This document shows positions 25,390 to 35,627 of a DNA stretch of 64,000 nucleotides, in pieces. Each line of letters begins with the position of its first letter. The first letter of the stretch is position 1. The DNA is from Malacoraja senta. Taxonomy: Eukaryota. The stretch covers positions 115,816,001 to 115,880,000 of the forward strand of contig CM075977.1 of assembly GCA_038087875.1 (NCBI GenBank). The letters run 5' to 3'. Position numbers and translations under genes: made by a program. Below the pieces are notes generated by a model. It did no database searches, was not told where the DNA came from, and saw only the letters and a program-made list of their open reading frames with translations.

Positions 25390-27354
25390 AATAATCGACT
25401 CGAGCATCTTCCCCAATCCCCACTACCGATGTAAGGCTAACTGGTCTATAATTCCCCGTTTTCTCTCTCCCTCCTTTCTTAAAAAGTGGGGTTACATTGG
25501 CTACCCTCCAGTCCACAGGAACTGATCCCGAATCGAGAGTACAATGGAAAATGATCACCAATGCATCCACAATTTCTAGGGCCACCTCCTTGAGTGTTCT
25601 GGGATGCAGACCTGTGGATTTATCTGCCCTCAGTCCCAACAGTTTACCTAACACCATTTCCTGACTAATGTGGATTCCCTTCATTTCCTCCCTCCCACGA
25701 GATCCTCGGCCCCCTAGTATCTCTGAGAGATTGTTCGTGTCTTCCTTGATGAAGACACGAACAAAATCAAAATATTTATTTAACTGGTCTGCAATTTCCA
25801 TGTTTCCCATTATAAATTCACCTGTTTCTGACTGTAAGGGACCTACATTTGTCTTCATTAATATTTTCCTCTTCACATATCTAAAGAAGCTTTTAAAGTC
25901 CGTTTTTATATTCCCCGCAAGCTTTCTTTCATGCTCGATTTTACCCCTCTAAATTAATCACGATTGAGCCGCCTTCCCCGTTTTATTTTTTAGCCAGACA
26001 GGGATGAACAATTTTTGTAGTTCATCCATGCGATCCTTAAATCTTTGCCATTGCATCTCCACTATCAACCCTTTAAGTACCATTTGCCAGTCTATCCCAA
26101 CCAATCCCCATCTCATACCATCAAAGTCTCCTTTCTTTATGTTCAGGACCCAAATCTCTGAATTAACTGTGTTACTCTCCATCTTAATGCAGAATTCCAC
26201 CATATTATGGTCACTGTTGCCCAAGGGGCTTTGCACAACAAGATTGCTAACTAATCCTTCCTCATTACACAATACCCAGTCTAGGATGGCCTGCCCTCTA
26301 CTTAGAAAACCATCCCGTATACATTCCAGGAAATCCTCCTCCTTAGCTTTGTTACCAATTATTTGGTCCAATCTATATGTAGATTAAAGTCACCCATGAT
26401 AACTGCTGTACCTTTCCTACATGCATCCCTAATTTCCTGTTTGATGCTATCCCTAACCTCCCTACTGCTGTTTGGTGGTCTGTATACAACTCCAACAAGC
26501 GTTTTTTGCCCTTGGCTATTTCGCAGTTCTACCCATACAGATTCTACACCATCCAAGCTAATGTCTCTCCTTGCTATTGCATTCATCTCCTCTATAACCA
26601 GCAATGCCACCCCACCTCCTCTTCCTTTCTGTCTATCCTTCCTGTATATTGAGTACCCCTGCATATTGAACTCCCAGCCTTGGTCACCCTGGAGCCATGT
26701 CTCCGTAATCCCAACTGTATCATATTCGTTAACTACTAGCTGCGAATTCAATTCATCCACCGTATTACGAATGCTCCTCGCATTAAGGCACAAAGCTCTC
26801 AGGTTTGTTTTTCTTTTCTCCCTTCTACATTTTGCTTCTGTCCTCCTTTTATGGCCCTCTGTCTCCTTGCATTGGTTCCCATCCCCCTGCCCTATTAGTT
26901 TAAACATGACCTTTCCTACACTCTCTTTCCTGTTACTTACACGCATACGCTTCCACGTTGTTGACCCCACCCCCCCACTGTTTAGTTTTATATTATTCAC
27001 TTCCTTGGGATACAGGCTTTGGCTTCCAAACTTTCAATGAAGCAATGATGATCCATACATGACTTATTTTCCTCATCAACAATTTTTGCATGGAAATATT
27101 ATTTTCTGTTACCAATACATAAATTTTAATCTTCAAAAATCTTTGGCCTACAATAAGCAATAGTTGCAACAACACAGTGCAAAATGATCCAGAAGAACTT
27201 CAAAACATTTTTTTGAATGATTAGCTGTTTTAGTGTACAGTTGAAATTAAGCATATAAAAGGAAATTGCTTTACAAAAAATCCTATATTTTGGGAGAAAT
27301 GGTGATTTACCCGTCAAGTAATCATTTAAACTCTACTTATTTCTTTTACTACTC

Positions 27355-27490
27355 AGTTCTTGAGTCTGAAAAATGGTCCTGACCAGAAACATCACCTATC
27401 CATTTTCTCCGGAAATGCTGCCTGACCTACAAGGTTACTCCAGCATTTTATGTCTATCTTTGGTATAAACCCGCATCTGCTGTTCCTTTT
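27355..27490 (+). mobile_element. Penelope-type terminal fragment with degenerate hammerhead core (27366-27393)
   Basis: CTGAAAA-A-TGGT-CCTG-ACCA-GAAA-CATC followed by the GCTGCCTGACC..TTACTCCAGC arm. Confidence 0.6.
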
Positions 27491-28064
27491 CATTATATTT
27501 CAGTTATTTTCTATTGCTTCCAGTGATGAGCATCCTGATATATTTTTGTTTCATTAAACTTGTCTTCTCTGTAACTCAGATGCTAAGTCTCAGAAGATAA
27601 TTATTTTTTCATTTATTTGGCTCAAAGTCATCCCTTTCCCAGTGTTTTAGTTTAAAAAGCACATGAAATTGCTGCAAAACCTTCTAATTTGTAGAGCAAT
27701 ATGCCTTAAACATTCTGGTCTTTAGGGGTTAATTAGAGCACGAGGAAGCATGGACTGCCTGCAAACTAAGTATTCAGCTACACTATACAAGTTAAAAATT
27801 AAGTTCAATTGATTAATGCAGTTCTTTACATGCATTAATAAACTTCTAACTACTTTACCCAACTTTACTTATTTTCAGAACTGCTGCTTTGATGGCTTTA
27901 TGTAGATGCCTAACTTTTTAACCTTGTCTATCTCTATAAATGTAATTATTTTACAGATCACAGACCATTGGTTGGTGTAGCGGTAGAAAATCACTTGTCA
28001 CAGAAATCTCGGAACTCATTTAAACCTAAAATTTCAACACTAATCAATTTACCTATTTTCTATT

Positions 28065-28256
28065 AGAGGGCGGTGGAGGCCGGTTCTCTGGATACTTTCA
28101 AGAGAGAGCTAGATAGGGCTCTTAAAGATAGCGCAGTCAGGGGATATGGGGAGAAGGCAGGAACGGGGTACTGATTGGGGATGATCAGCCATGATCACAT
28201 TGCTGGCTCGAAGGGCCGAATGGCCTACTCCTGCACCTATTGTCTATTGTCTATTA
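28065..28256 (+). mobile_element. CR1 LINE 3' fragment
   Basis: GYGEKAGTGY end and (CTATTGT)n tail. Confidence 0.9.
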
Positions 28257-29554
28257 GCCAAATGAAGAAACTCAAAAGCGATTTGAACCAATAGAATGAT
28301 CATAGCCTTAGAAAGTCCAAGAACATTTTTTTAAAAGATTTATAATCCAGTTCTAAATGTGTGCACAAAACTATACTTCAGATGTATTACATATTTTACC
28401 AAGTTCAAGACTGATTGCCAAGCAAAATAATATCAGCAATTGTAACCACTTTGCTTTTTCATTTCATTTCATTTAGCTTGTTTTTGCAAGAAATGGCAAC
28501 TAACAAATTAATTATGCTTTTTAGCTTAACATTGGTGAAATATGAAATACTATTTTAAGCTCATCCTATGTGATTATCTATCATGCAATATCTAATGCTC
28601 AGAATGTCTTCTGAGACAAGACCTCTGAAGTTCAAGGCAGAGGTTTCCTCTTAATCTTCTGCTCAGGTCAACCAAAAAAAAATTAAGATATGATGCAAGG
28701 TCAGAAGAAGAAATTTATATCACAATTGACTACAATGTAATTGTGACATCCTTCTGTAACAATCTTGTTCTGTTTTAACGTATGTCAATTATTACTATAA
28801 AGTAATTTAATCTGACAGTGGCAGGATGTTGAAAGGCTTGCGGGAGATGTCAAGAAGACGACCTTTCTGCTCCTGTTCAGCCAAAAGCCATTTTTAACAA
28901 GGAATCTAAGAACCATTGGAAGTTCTATTGTACTTTGTTAATTAGTTATTGATTCGAAATAATGCACTACCAAATTTTCTGAGATTAGCTTGACGCCAGA
29001 AGGTTGTGCACTGACAGGCTGTTTCAGATAATCTTTATAACATGTATGCCTCTTTAATGAGATGTTCCATTTAAACTTTTTGTTCTGATAACTAAGCACA
29101 AGATGGAATGATGTATCTTTTTTTTTAAATGGTGCTGCTTCTCCTTCCAGTTTAAAATACTTAAAAGATGGAGTTTATTTTGACTGTTTTTGCCCAAAAC
29201 ATACTACCAATAAAAACAATGTTTTGAGGTACCTCAACATTACGTGGTCTTTAAGATGCTCCCATTAACCCATCACCAACCTAAATCCCAGTAATGATTC
29301 TGGTCTAGTTAATCCTCCAAGCCACCTTTGGATACACAATTGATGTCATCATCTTGCTGGATATATTCATTCAACCCAACACCAAATTTCATGTGCGTTT
29401 TGGGTTGCTAGAACTACTTTGTTATTCCAAAGCAAAACTAAAAATGGGCATAAACTAATTTTTAGACACCTGCATAACAATTGCATTTTAACATACTGTA
29501 TTGATGAAGCCGATTCGATATGTAGAGGTAGTATGCCATTGAGATAATTCCATA

Positions 29555-29676
29555 TAGACACAAAAAGCTGGAGTAACTCAGCGAATCAGACAGCATCTCT
29601 GGAGAAAAGGAATAGGTGATGTTTTGTGTCGAGACCCTTCTTCGGTTTAAACCAGCATCTGCAGTTCCTACACACA
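29555..29676. mobile_element. Penelope-type palindrome remnant
   Basis: GCTGGAGTAACTCAGCG...GTCGAGACCCTTCTTC joined to CCAGCATCTGCAGTTCC. Confidence 0.7.
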
Positions 29677-30039
29677 AGATAATTCCGTGATTCTATTTGC
29701 GATCATATGAGGCCAGAAGGACAGCAACATTTATCTTTAGTTGTACAGGTAATGATTGGCCTGTAAGTATGGACTTGTCTGCAGCAAATTAGAGTGGCAA
29801 GTGTTAGTTCAGAGATCTTCATGGCTGAAAGTTCTGGAACAAAAGCAACACTTGTGTCTCTGTGAAAATGAAAGCAGTGGGATATCAATATATCATATAC
29901 ATTGTTGGCATTGGCCTATCAGTTGAAACAATGATAATCTAACTGCAGGGCCAATCCCTACTCCTTCATGAATACACAGTGAATAGATCCCCATAAGTAC
30001 TGTAATGTCTAATGCGGATAGGGGTTGAGAGTTTACCCA

Positions 30040-30316
30040 TCTGCAGCCCCTTGTCTTTTCCACTTACCACCTCCAGCCTTTGCGACTATCTCCACCCTTC
30101 TCTCTCCAACCTGACATCTGCCAATCAACTCCTCTGTATCTGGATCCACCTATCACTTGTCAAATCATGCTCCAACTCTTCCACTCACCTCAGCTGTCAG
30201 CTATCTCCCCTGAACTCCAGTCTTAAAGATGGGTCCGTAATTGAAACTTTGTTTGTTCATTTGTCTCCACAGATGTTGCCTGACTCGCTGAGTTCCACAT
30301 GCTCTTTTATTTTTTG
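30040..30316 (+). mobile_element. Old Penelope-type 3' fragment
   Basis: Pyrimidine-rich body, ATCCACCTATCACTTG, decayed core, and CAGATG.TGCCTGAC.CGCTGAGTT arm. Confidence 0.55.
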
Positions 30317-30904
30317 AACAAGTAATTAAGTCAAGTCGAGTTTATTGTCATATGCATGGTGTATGGTGAGGTACAGGTACAATTAAAAATCTTGCATGCA
30401 GAAGCATCACAGGCACATAGACAAACACAAAACATGTAATAAAGTAGCTCTGCTTCCTTCTTTTAAATGTGTGGGATGTGAGTATTTTCAGCATAAAGGG
30501 GATGAAAATGTTGGAAATGGCCAGATTTAATATTTACATTTTCTACCCCATACAAATTTGACATAGGAGAAAATTGAATAATTGAAAGACTGGAAAGTTA
30601 AGCCAACCCAAAGCACGATATACTAATTAGATGACAAGATGTACATGTCAAGCTGCTACGGAATTAATGCTTCTTCACACAATCTTTATATCTCTGTTGT
30701 CGCATCTCAAACAAGCCCATGGTTTAATCATGTGCTGCCAAAGTGCAATTTACAATTGAAAATCAGACCATATTTCCACATTCCTAAGGTTTGCTGTAAG
30801 GTAGCAATAAGGTACTTAAGCAGTAAATAAATACATTAAATGTATGTTTCAGGGTATTTATTGGAAACATAATTGAAATTGCTGAACATGCTGACCAACT
30901 TTTC

Positions 30905-31570
30905 TAATGCAGAGGTGACCTGCTCAATAATGAGGGATTGCACCTAAACTGGAGCAGAACCAATATCCCAGTGGGCAGGTTTGCTGATGCTGCTCAGGAA
31001 GGTTTAAATGAGATTGTCAGGGATGTGGGGTCCAGTGCAGTAGTGAGGTAGGTAGGAGGCTGGAAGTCAGTACAGAAGTTAATGGCAGCAACTACAATAG
31101 GCAAGATTGGCAAGAGCACGGCAGGGAGCAAGGAAGGATAATTGGTTAAAATTGCATTTTTTATGCAAGATGTCTGACACAGAATGCAGTTGAGCTCCAT
31201 GCATGGATAGGTATGTGCGAATGGGATGTTATAGCCATTACGGAAACCAAGCTAGTGAGGGACAGAACAGGTAGCTTAATGGTCCAGGATGCAGGAGGCT
31301 AGAGGCGAGATGGACGTAGAGGTAAAGGAGGAGGGGGCAGTGCATCACTGAATAAGGAGGTCATGCTAGTAGTTCCGAGATTACATTGTTGACAGATTAT
31401 CCATTGACGTTATTTGAGTAGAACTGAGAAATAAAAAGGGGATGATCACCTTGTTGGGATTGTGCTGCAAGCCCCCAAATAGTCCATGGGAATTAGAGGA
31501 ACAAATTTGCTGGGAGATTGCAGGCAGTTACAAGAGTAAAAGGGTTGGCATAATACAAACCCTGACTGGA
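30905..31570 (+). mobile_element. Old CR1 fragment spanning the ORF1 esterase end and the ORF2 endonuclease
   Basis: GLHLNWSRTNIP.GRFA...EGLN; AITET; VELRNKKG; PPNS. Confidence 0.7.
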
Positions 31571-31649
31571 AAAAAAAATTAGGGTTCTGGTCAGGGAAAA
31601 GAAGATGGGTCAGGTATAGGCAGCTGGAATCACGTGTATCCCTGGAAGA

Positions 31650-32035
31650 TTTATGTATTAGTTTATTGTGACGTGTACAGATGTACAATGAAAAGTTTTT
31701 ATTTGCGTGCTAACTAATTAAATCAGATCATACTATATATGTGTACAATCAAGCCGTTCACAATTACAACAGGTTGTGCAAAGAGGAAAAATACCAGAAT
31801 GCAGAATATAGTTTACAATATTTTAGCATTGCAGTCACAGTGAAAAAGTCCGAAGTCTGCAATGAGGTGGGTTGGAAAATCGGGACTACATCTTAGTTTA
31901 TGGAAAGACCGTTCAGTAGTCTGATAACAAGAGAGAAAGAAGCTATTCCTGAGTCTGTTGGAACATGCTTTCATACTTTTGTATCTTCTGCCTGATGGGA
32001 GCAGGAGAAGAGGGAATGACCGGGGTGAAATTCAA
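31650..32035 (-). mobile_element. Rex1/L2-type LINE 3' fragment
   Basis: TTTATTGT tail region and GAAGCTATTCCTGAGTCTG...CTTCTGCCTGATGG (..PSGRR..) motif. Confidence 0.55.
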
Positions 32036-32250
32036 TGATCGGATTGATGGATATATGGAATGAGCTTTCAAATGAAGTCGTTGAAGCAGGTACAACTATA
32101 TTTAAAATACATTTGAGCACATACATGGCGAGAAAAGTTTTAGAGGGATGTGGATCAAATATGGGCAAATGTGGCAAACTTAGATGGGGCATCTTGGTCA
32201 GCATGGAAACTTGGGCCGAAGGGCCTGTTTCCATGCTCTATGATTCTGTA
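32036..32250 (+). mobile_element. Old CR1-family 3' end
   Basis: WNELSNEVVEAGTT.FK.HL and TTGGGCCGAAGGGCCTGTTTCC..CTATGATTCT. Confidence 0.75.
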
Positions 32251-32544
32251 CTTCTTTGGCTTGCTTTTTGTTGCTTGCCTTGGTAATATGATGTGGTAAC
32301 TTGACATTGTAGCACTAACATAACTGGTTATGCACTGAGAACACCAAAATTGTTTGGATAAGCGCTTGTCGTCTGTGTATGACATATTATTTCATATTTC
32401 TTCAAGCATGGAAGGTATTTGGAGAAAGAAATCTTTTAAGTTTATATTTTTTACATTTCCATTCCAAAGGTGCAATGAATATCACGGCTCTTCTACAGTG
32501 TTGTCAAAATCCTGAGTTTGTCTCAGAATCCCATCAGGGCCTTC

Positions 32545-33555
32545 AATAAAAATACGAAATACTGGAATCATACACCAAGTCAGGCAGCATCTGTGGAAGG
32601 AGAAAAAAAAATTAAGATTTCAGATAGGAAATCCTTCATCTTATAAAAGGTTTTTGATATGAAACATTAATTATATTTCTCCTTCCACAATACTGTCTGA
32701 CCTGCTGAGTGTTTCTAACAAGAAGGGTCTGAAGAAGGGTCTCAACACGAAACGTCACTCATTCCTTCTCTCCAGAGATGCCTGTCCCGCTGTTACTACA
32801 GCTTTTTCTGTTTATCTTCGGTTTAAACCAGCATCTGCAGTTCCTTCCTTCATATGTTTTTCACAATTACTGTTTTTATTTCAGGTTATGAGCACCTGCA
32901 GTTTTTTTTCATTTAGTCGTGCTTGGGCCGTGCTTGTGTTGAAGGCTGCATGTTCCCAATGATCTGTGAATGACTTTATTAAAGCAATATCACAAAACCC
33001 ATACCTCTGTCAGCCTATTCAAATAATTTCATCAAAGCCCTATAGAACAGACCACAAAGTGCTTGAGTAGCTCTACGGAATAAGTCTGAAGAAGAGTCCC
33101 AACTTGAAACGTCATCATCCCCTCTCTCCATCCCCTCCCCCTTCCCAGTTCCCCGACCAGTCTTACGGTCTGACCACATTTTATCTGTTTGCTTTGTTGT
33201 TACGTTCTCCCAAATAACAATGATCTATTCTACATTTTCCTTGAACTTCATTCCCTCTGTCCTGTTTTCACACCTTACACTTCCTTATCTATACACTTCC
33301 TTATCTATGTAACTCCCACTCCCCTGACATCAGTCTGAAGAAGGGTCTCGACCGAAACATCACCCATTCCTTCTCTCCAGAGATGCTGCCTGTCCCGCTG
33401 AGTTACTCCAGCATTTTGTGTTTATCTTTGATTTAAACCAGCATCTGCCATTCCTTCCTACCCACAGAAACGTCACCAATCTATTCCCTCCATAGATGCT
33501 GTCTGACCCTCTACACTTCATGTTTTGCTCAATTTTCCAGCATCTGTAGCTCTTT
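32545..33555 (+). mobile_element. Cluster of nested Penelope-type repeats with three hammerhead cores (32729-32756, 33086-33113, 33335-33361)
   Basis: Repeated CTGAAGAAGRGTCYCRACNNGAAACRTC followed by a CCAGAGATGCTGCC arm. Confidence 0.75.
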
Positions 33556-34007
33556 GTCCGTCCTGTGGCAATGTTAAGAGAGGCTTTTTGAGCCATGGTT
33601 CTTTTTATATTTCTTTTTATACATTGGCATTGTGACCTGGAAGTTTTCATGGGTGTTCAGTTAAATGTACTAGGACTGCTGAGTCCAGTTTTGAGTTCTT
33701 CTTGAATGTTTGACATGCATCCTCTTGCAGATCTTTTTGGACTTTGCTTGTATATTTCAATTATTTGTGGTGGAAGTTGCAATCAAAGCCAGTACTTAGT
33801 GTCCATTCCTCAGTGTTGTCGAAAAGATGGCAATGAATTATATGAACACTGCATTCCTGCTGGTGAAGGTAGTCATACAGTTAAAGGGAAGCAAAAATTA
33901 AGAACTACAGATACATTTCCAATTTAGAATGGCACTTGCAGAGGAATTTGCATGTATTAATTGTCCCATATGGTTACAGTTCTTCGTGGTAAGAATTTTA
34001 CCAGTTT

Positions 34008-34410
34008 TCATAAGATCATGTGATAGAAGTAGAATTCGGCCCATCAAGTCTACTCTGCCATTCAATCATGGCTGATCTATCTCTTCCTCCTAACCCCATT
34101 CTCCTGCTTTCTCCTGCCTTCTCCCCAAAACCTCTGACACCTGTACTAATCAAGAATCTATTTATCTCTGCCTTAAATATATCCACTGACTTGGCCTCCA
34201 CAGCCTTCTGTGACAAAGAATTCCACAGATTCACCAAGCTCTGACTAAAGAAATTCTAGTAGAAACTAGTAGAAGCATCCTCTCCACATCAACTCTATCC
34301 AAGCCTTTCACTATTCGGTACATTTCAATGAGGTCCCCCCTCATTCTTCTAAACTCCAGCAAATATAGGCACAGTGCCTTCAAACGCTCATCATATGTAA
34401 ACCTACTCAT
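34008..34410 (-). mobile_element. CR1 LINE 3' fragment (second subfamily)
   Basis: VNLWNSLSQKAVEAKSVDIFKAEI. Confidence 0.88.
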
Positions 34411-34555
34411 CCTTTTGAGGGATAATGTTGATGAAGCCTTTGGAAATTGTTGCAGTAGGTATATTGTGCAATCATGGTGTTTTGAAGGTGAAGGGAGTGA
34501 ATGATCAGAATGGTGGATTGTTTGACAGTTTCATCTTAAATGGTGTAAAGCTTAT

Positions 34556-35029
34556 TGTAGTGGCCATTTGGCCTGTTTTGCATGTCATTGAGGATGGCAT
34601 GTGCCTTTAAATTTTGGACTGCCTGTTATATTGTGGGTGGGATTTATGACTGTTTTTGGGTGTGTTTGGAGCTTAGATGCTTGGTCAGAAGTTTAGTTTT
34701 TAGATTAGTTTGGAGAGACGATGGGGAAGGTTAACCCTTCTACCATGCGGGCCAAATGCCAGATCTTGCCAGTGTTACGGAGACACGAGGAATAAGCTGG
34801 AGTTCGAAGAAGATTGTAGTAAAATTGTCGGAAGCAGTTTGGATGCATTTTACCGTTTTCTATCAACAATAAAGCATTTATTCATCAAAAGACTGTTTTG
34901 AAGCCATGTCTGAGAAGAAGTTCTGGAGGTCTCTGTGAGCTCGCATGCGTTTAGAAGACTTCAATCATTCTATTCCATTTAGCGTCTGGGGTGCTAATTA
35001 CCTGAAAGATATGAAAATCTGCCGCTACA
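34556..35029 (+). repeat. 5' LTR
   Basis: TGTAGTGGC...GCCGCTACA with AATAAA at ~34868. Confidence 0.95.
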
Positions 35030-35086
35030 TTAAGTAGAAGGTAACCTCCGGCAGGGGGGTTAAATACCAGTCCCAGAGAGTGGGAC

Positions 35087-35194
35087 AGAAGATTAAGTCG
35101 AAGCAGGACGACCAGGCTAAGATCTCGGTGAGGTTTAGCCAGAAGATTAAATCAAAGCAGGACGACCAGGCTAAGATCTCGGTGAGGTTTAGCC
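35087..35194 (+). repeat. 54-bp tandem duplication in the LTR-element leader
   Basis: AGAAGATTAARTCRAAGCAGGACGACCAGGCTAAGATCTCGGTGAGGTTTAGCC x2, plus a partial third copy. Confidence 0.9.
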
Positions 35195-35627
35195 AGAGGA
35201 GAAAGTGGTTCCAGGAGGAACTGAAGATAAAGATCTCGGTCAGATGAGGCCTTGAGGTCTCTCAACAGCATCGAGACTTATCTGAAGACGTATCACAGGA
35301 TTTGTGAATACATATCGATTATTACTCTTTGAATTGAAATCACAGCTTTAATTAAAAGACTTCTGTAACAGAGCCACCAGAAGGTGTTTTCTCCAGCTTG
35401 TCTGGGGAAAGCAGTCCGACCTTGGATTGTTTTGAATCGCTTGTGATAAGCGCATTCCATTTGAATTAGTATCATCTTTTTGCACCTGGAGTTAGAGAGA
35501 TGTTCTCTACATTATCAGTATGTTATGATTTTGAAAGAAATGTTGACAAAACAGAGCCACAGCTACTAGCAGACTTTTGTTCAATTACTTTAAAGACTTG
35601 GTAATCTGCCACAACCTCTTTAAAATC

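Larger units (their letters stand above)
22224..26990 (-). mobile_element. CR1 LINE, complete ORF2 region (frameshifted), 5'-truncated, with two nested insertions
   Basis: LCLNARSIRN, ITETWL, YRPP, GDFN, SDH (APE); NYRPVSLTS, FADDTK, LYRALMRPH (RT); (CATAGAAA) tail. Confidence 0.95.

Noticed and set aside
25668-27040. Long plus-strand ORFs opposite CR1 ORF2 (also 35585-36172 opposite BEL gag, and 48031-48423, 62101-63291 opposite CR1)
   Set aside because: They are antisense shadows of transposon coding frames.
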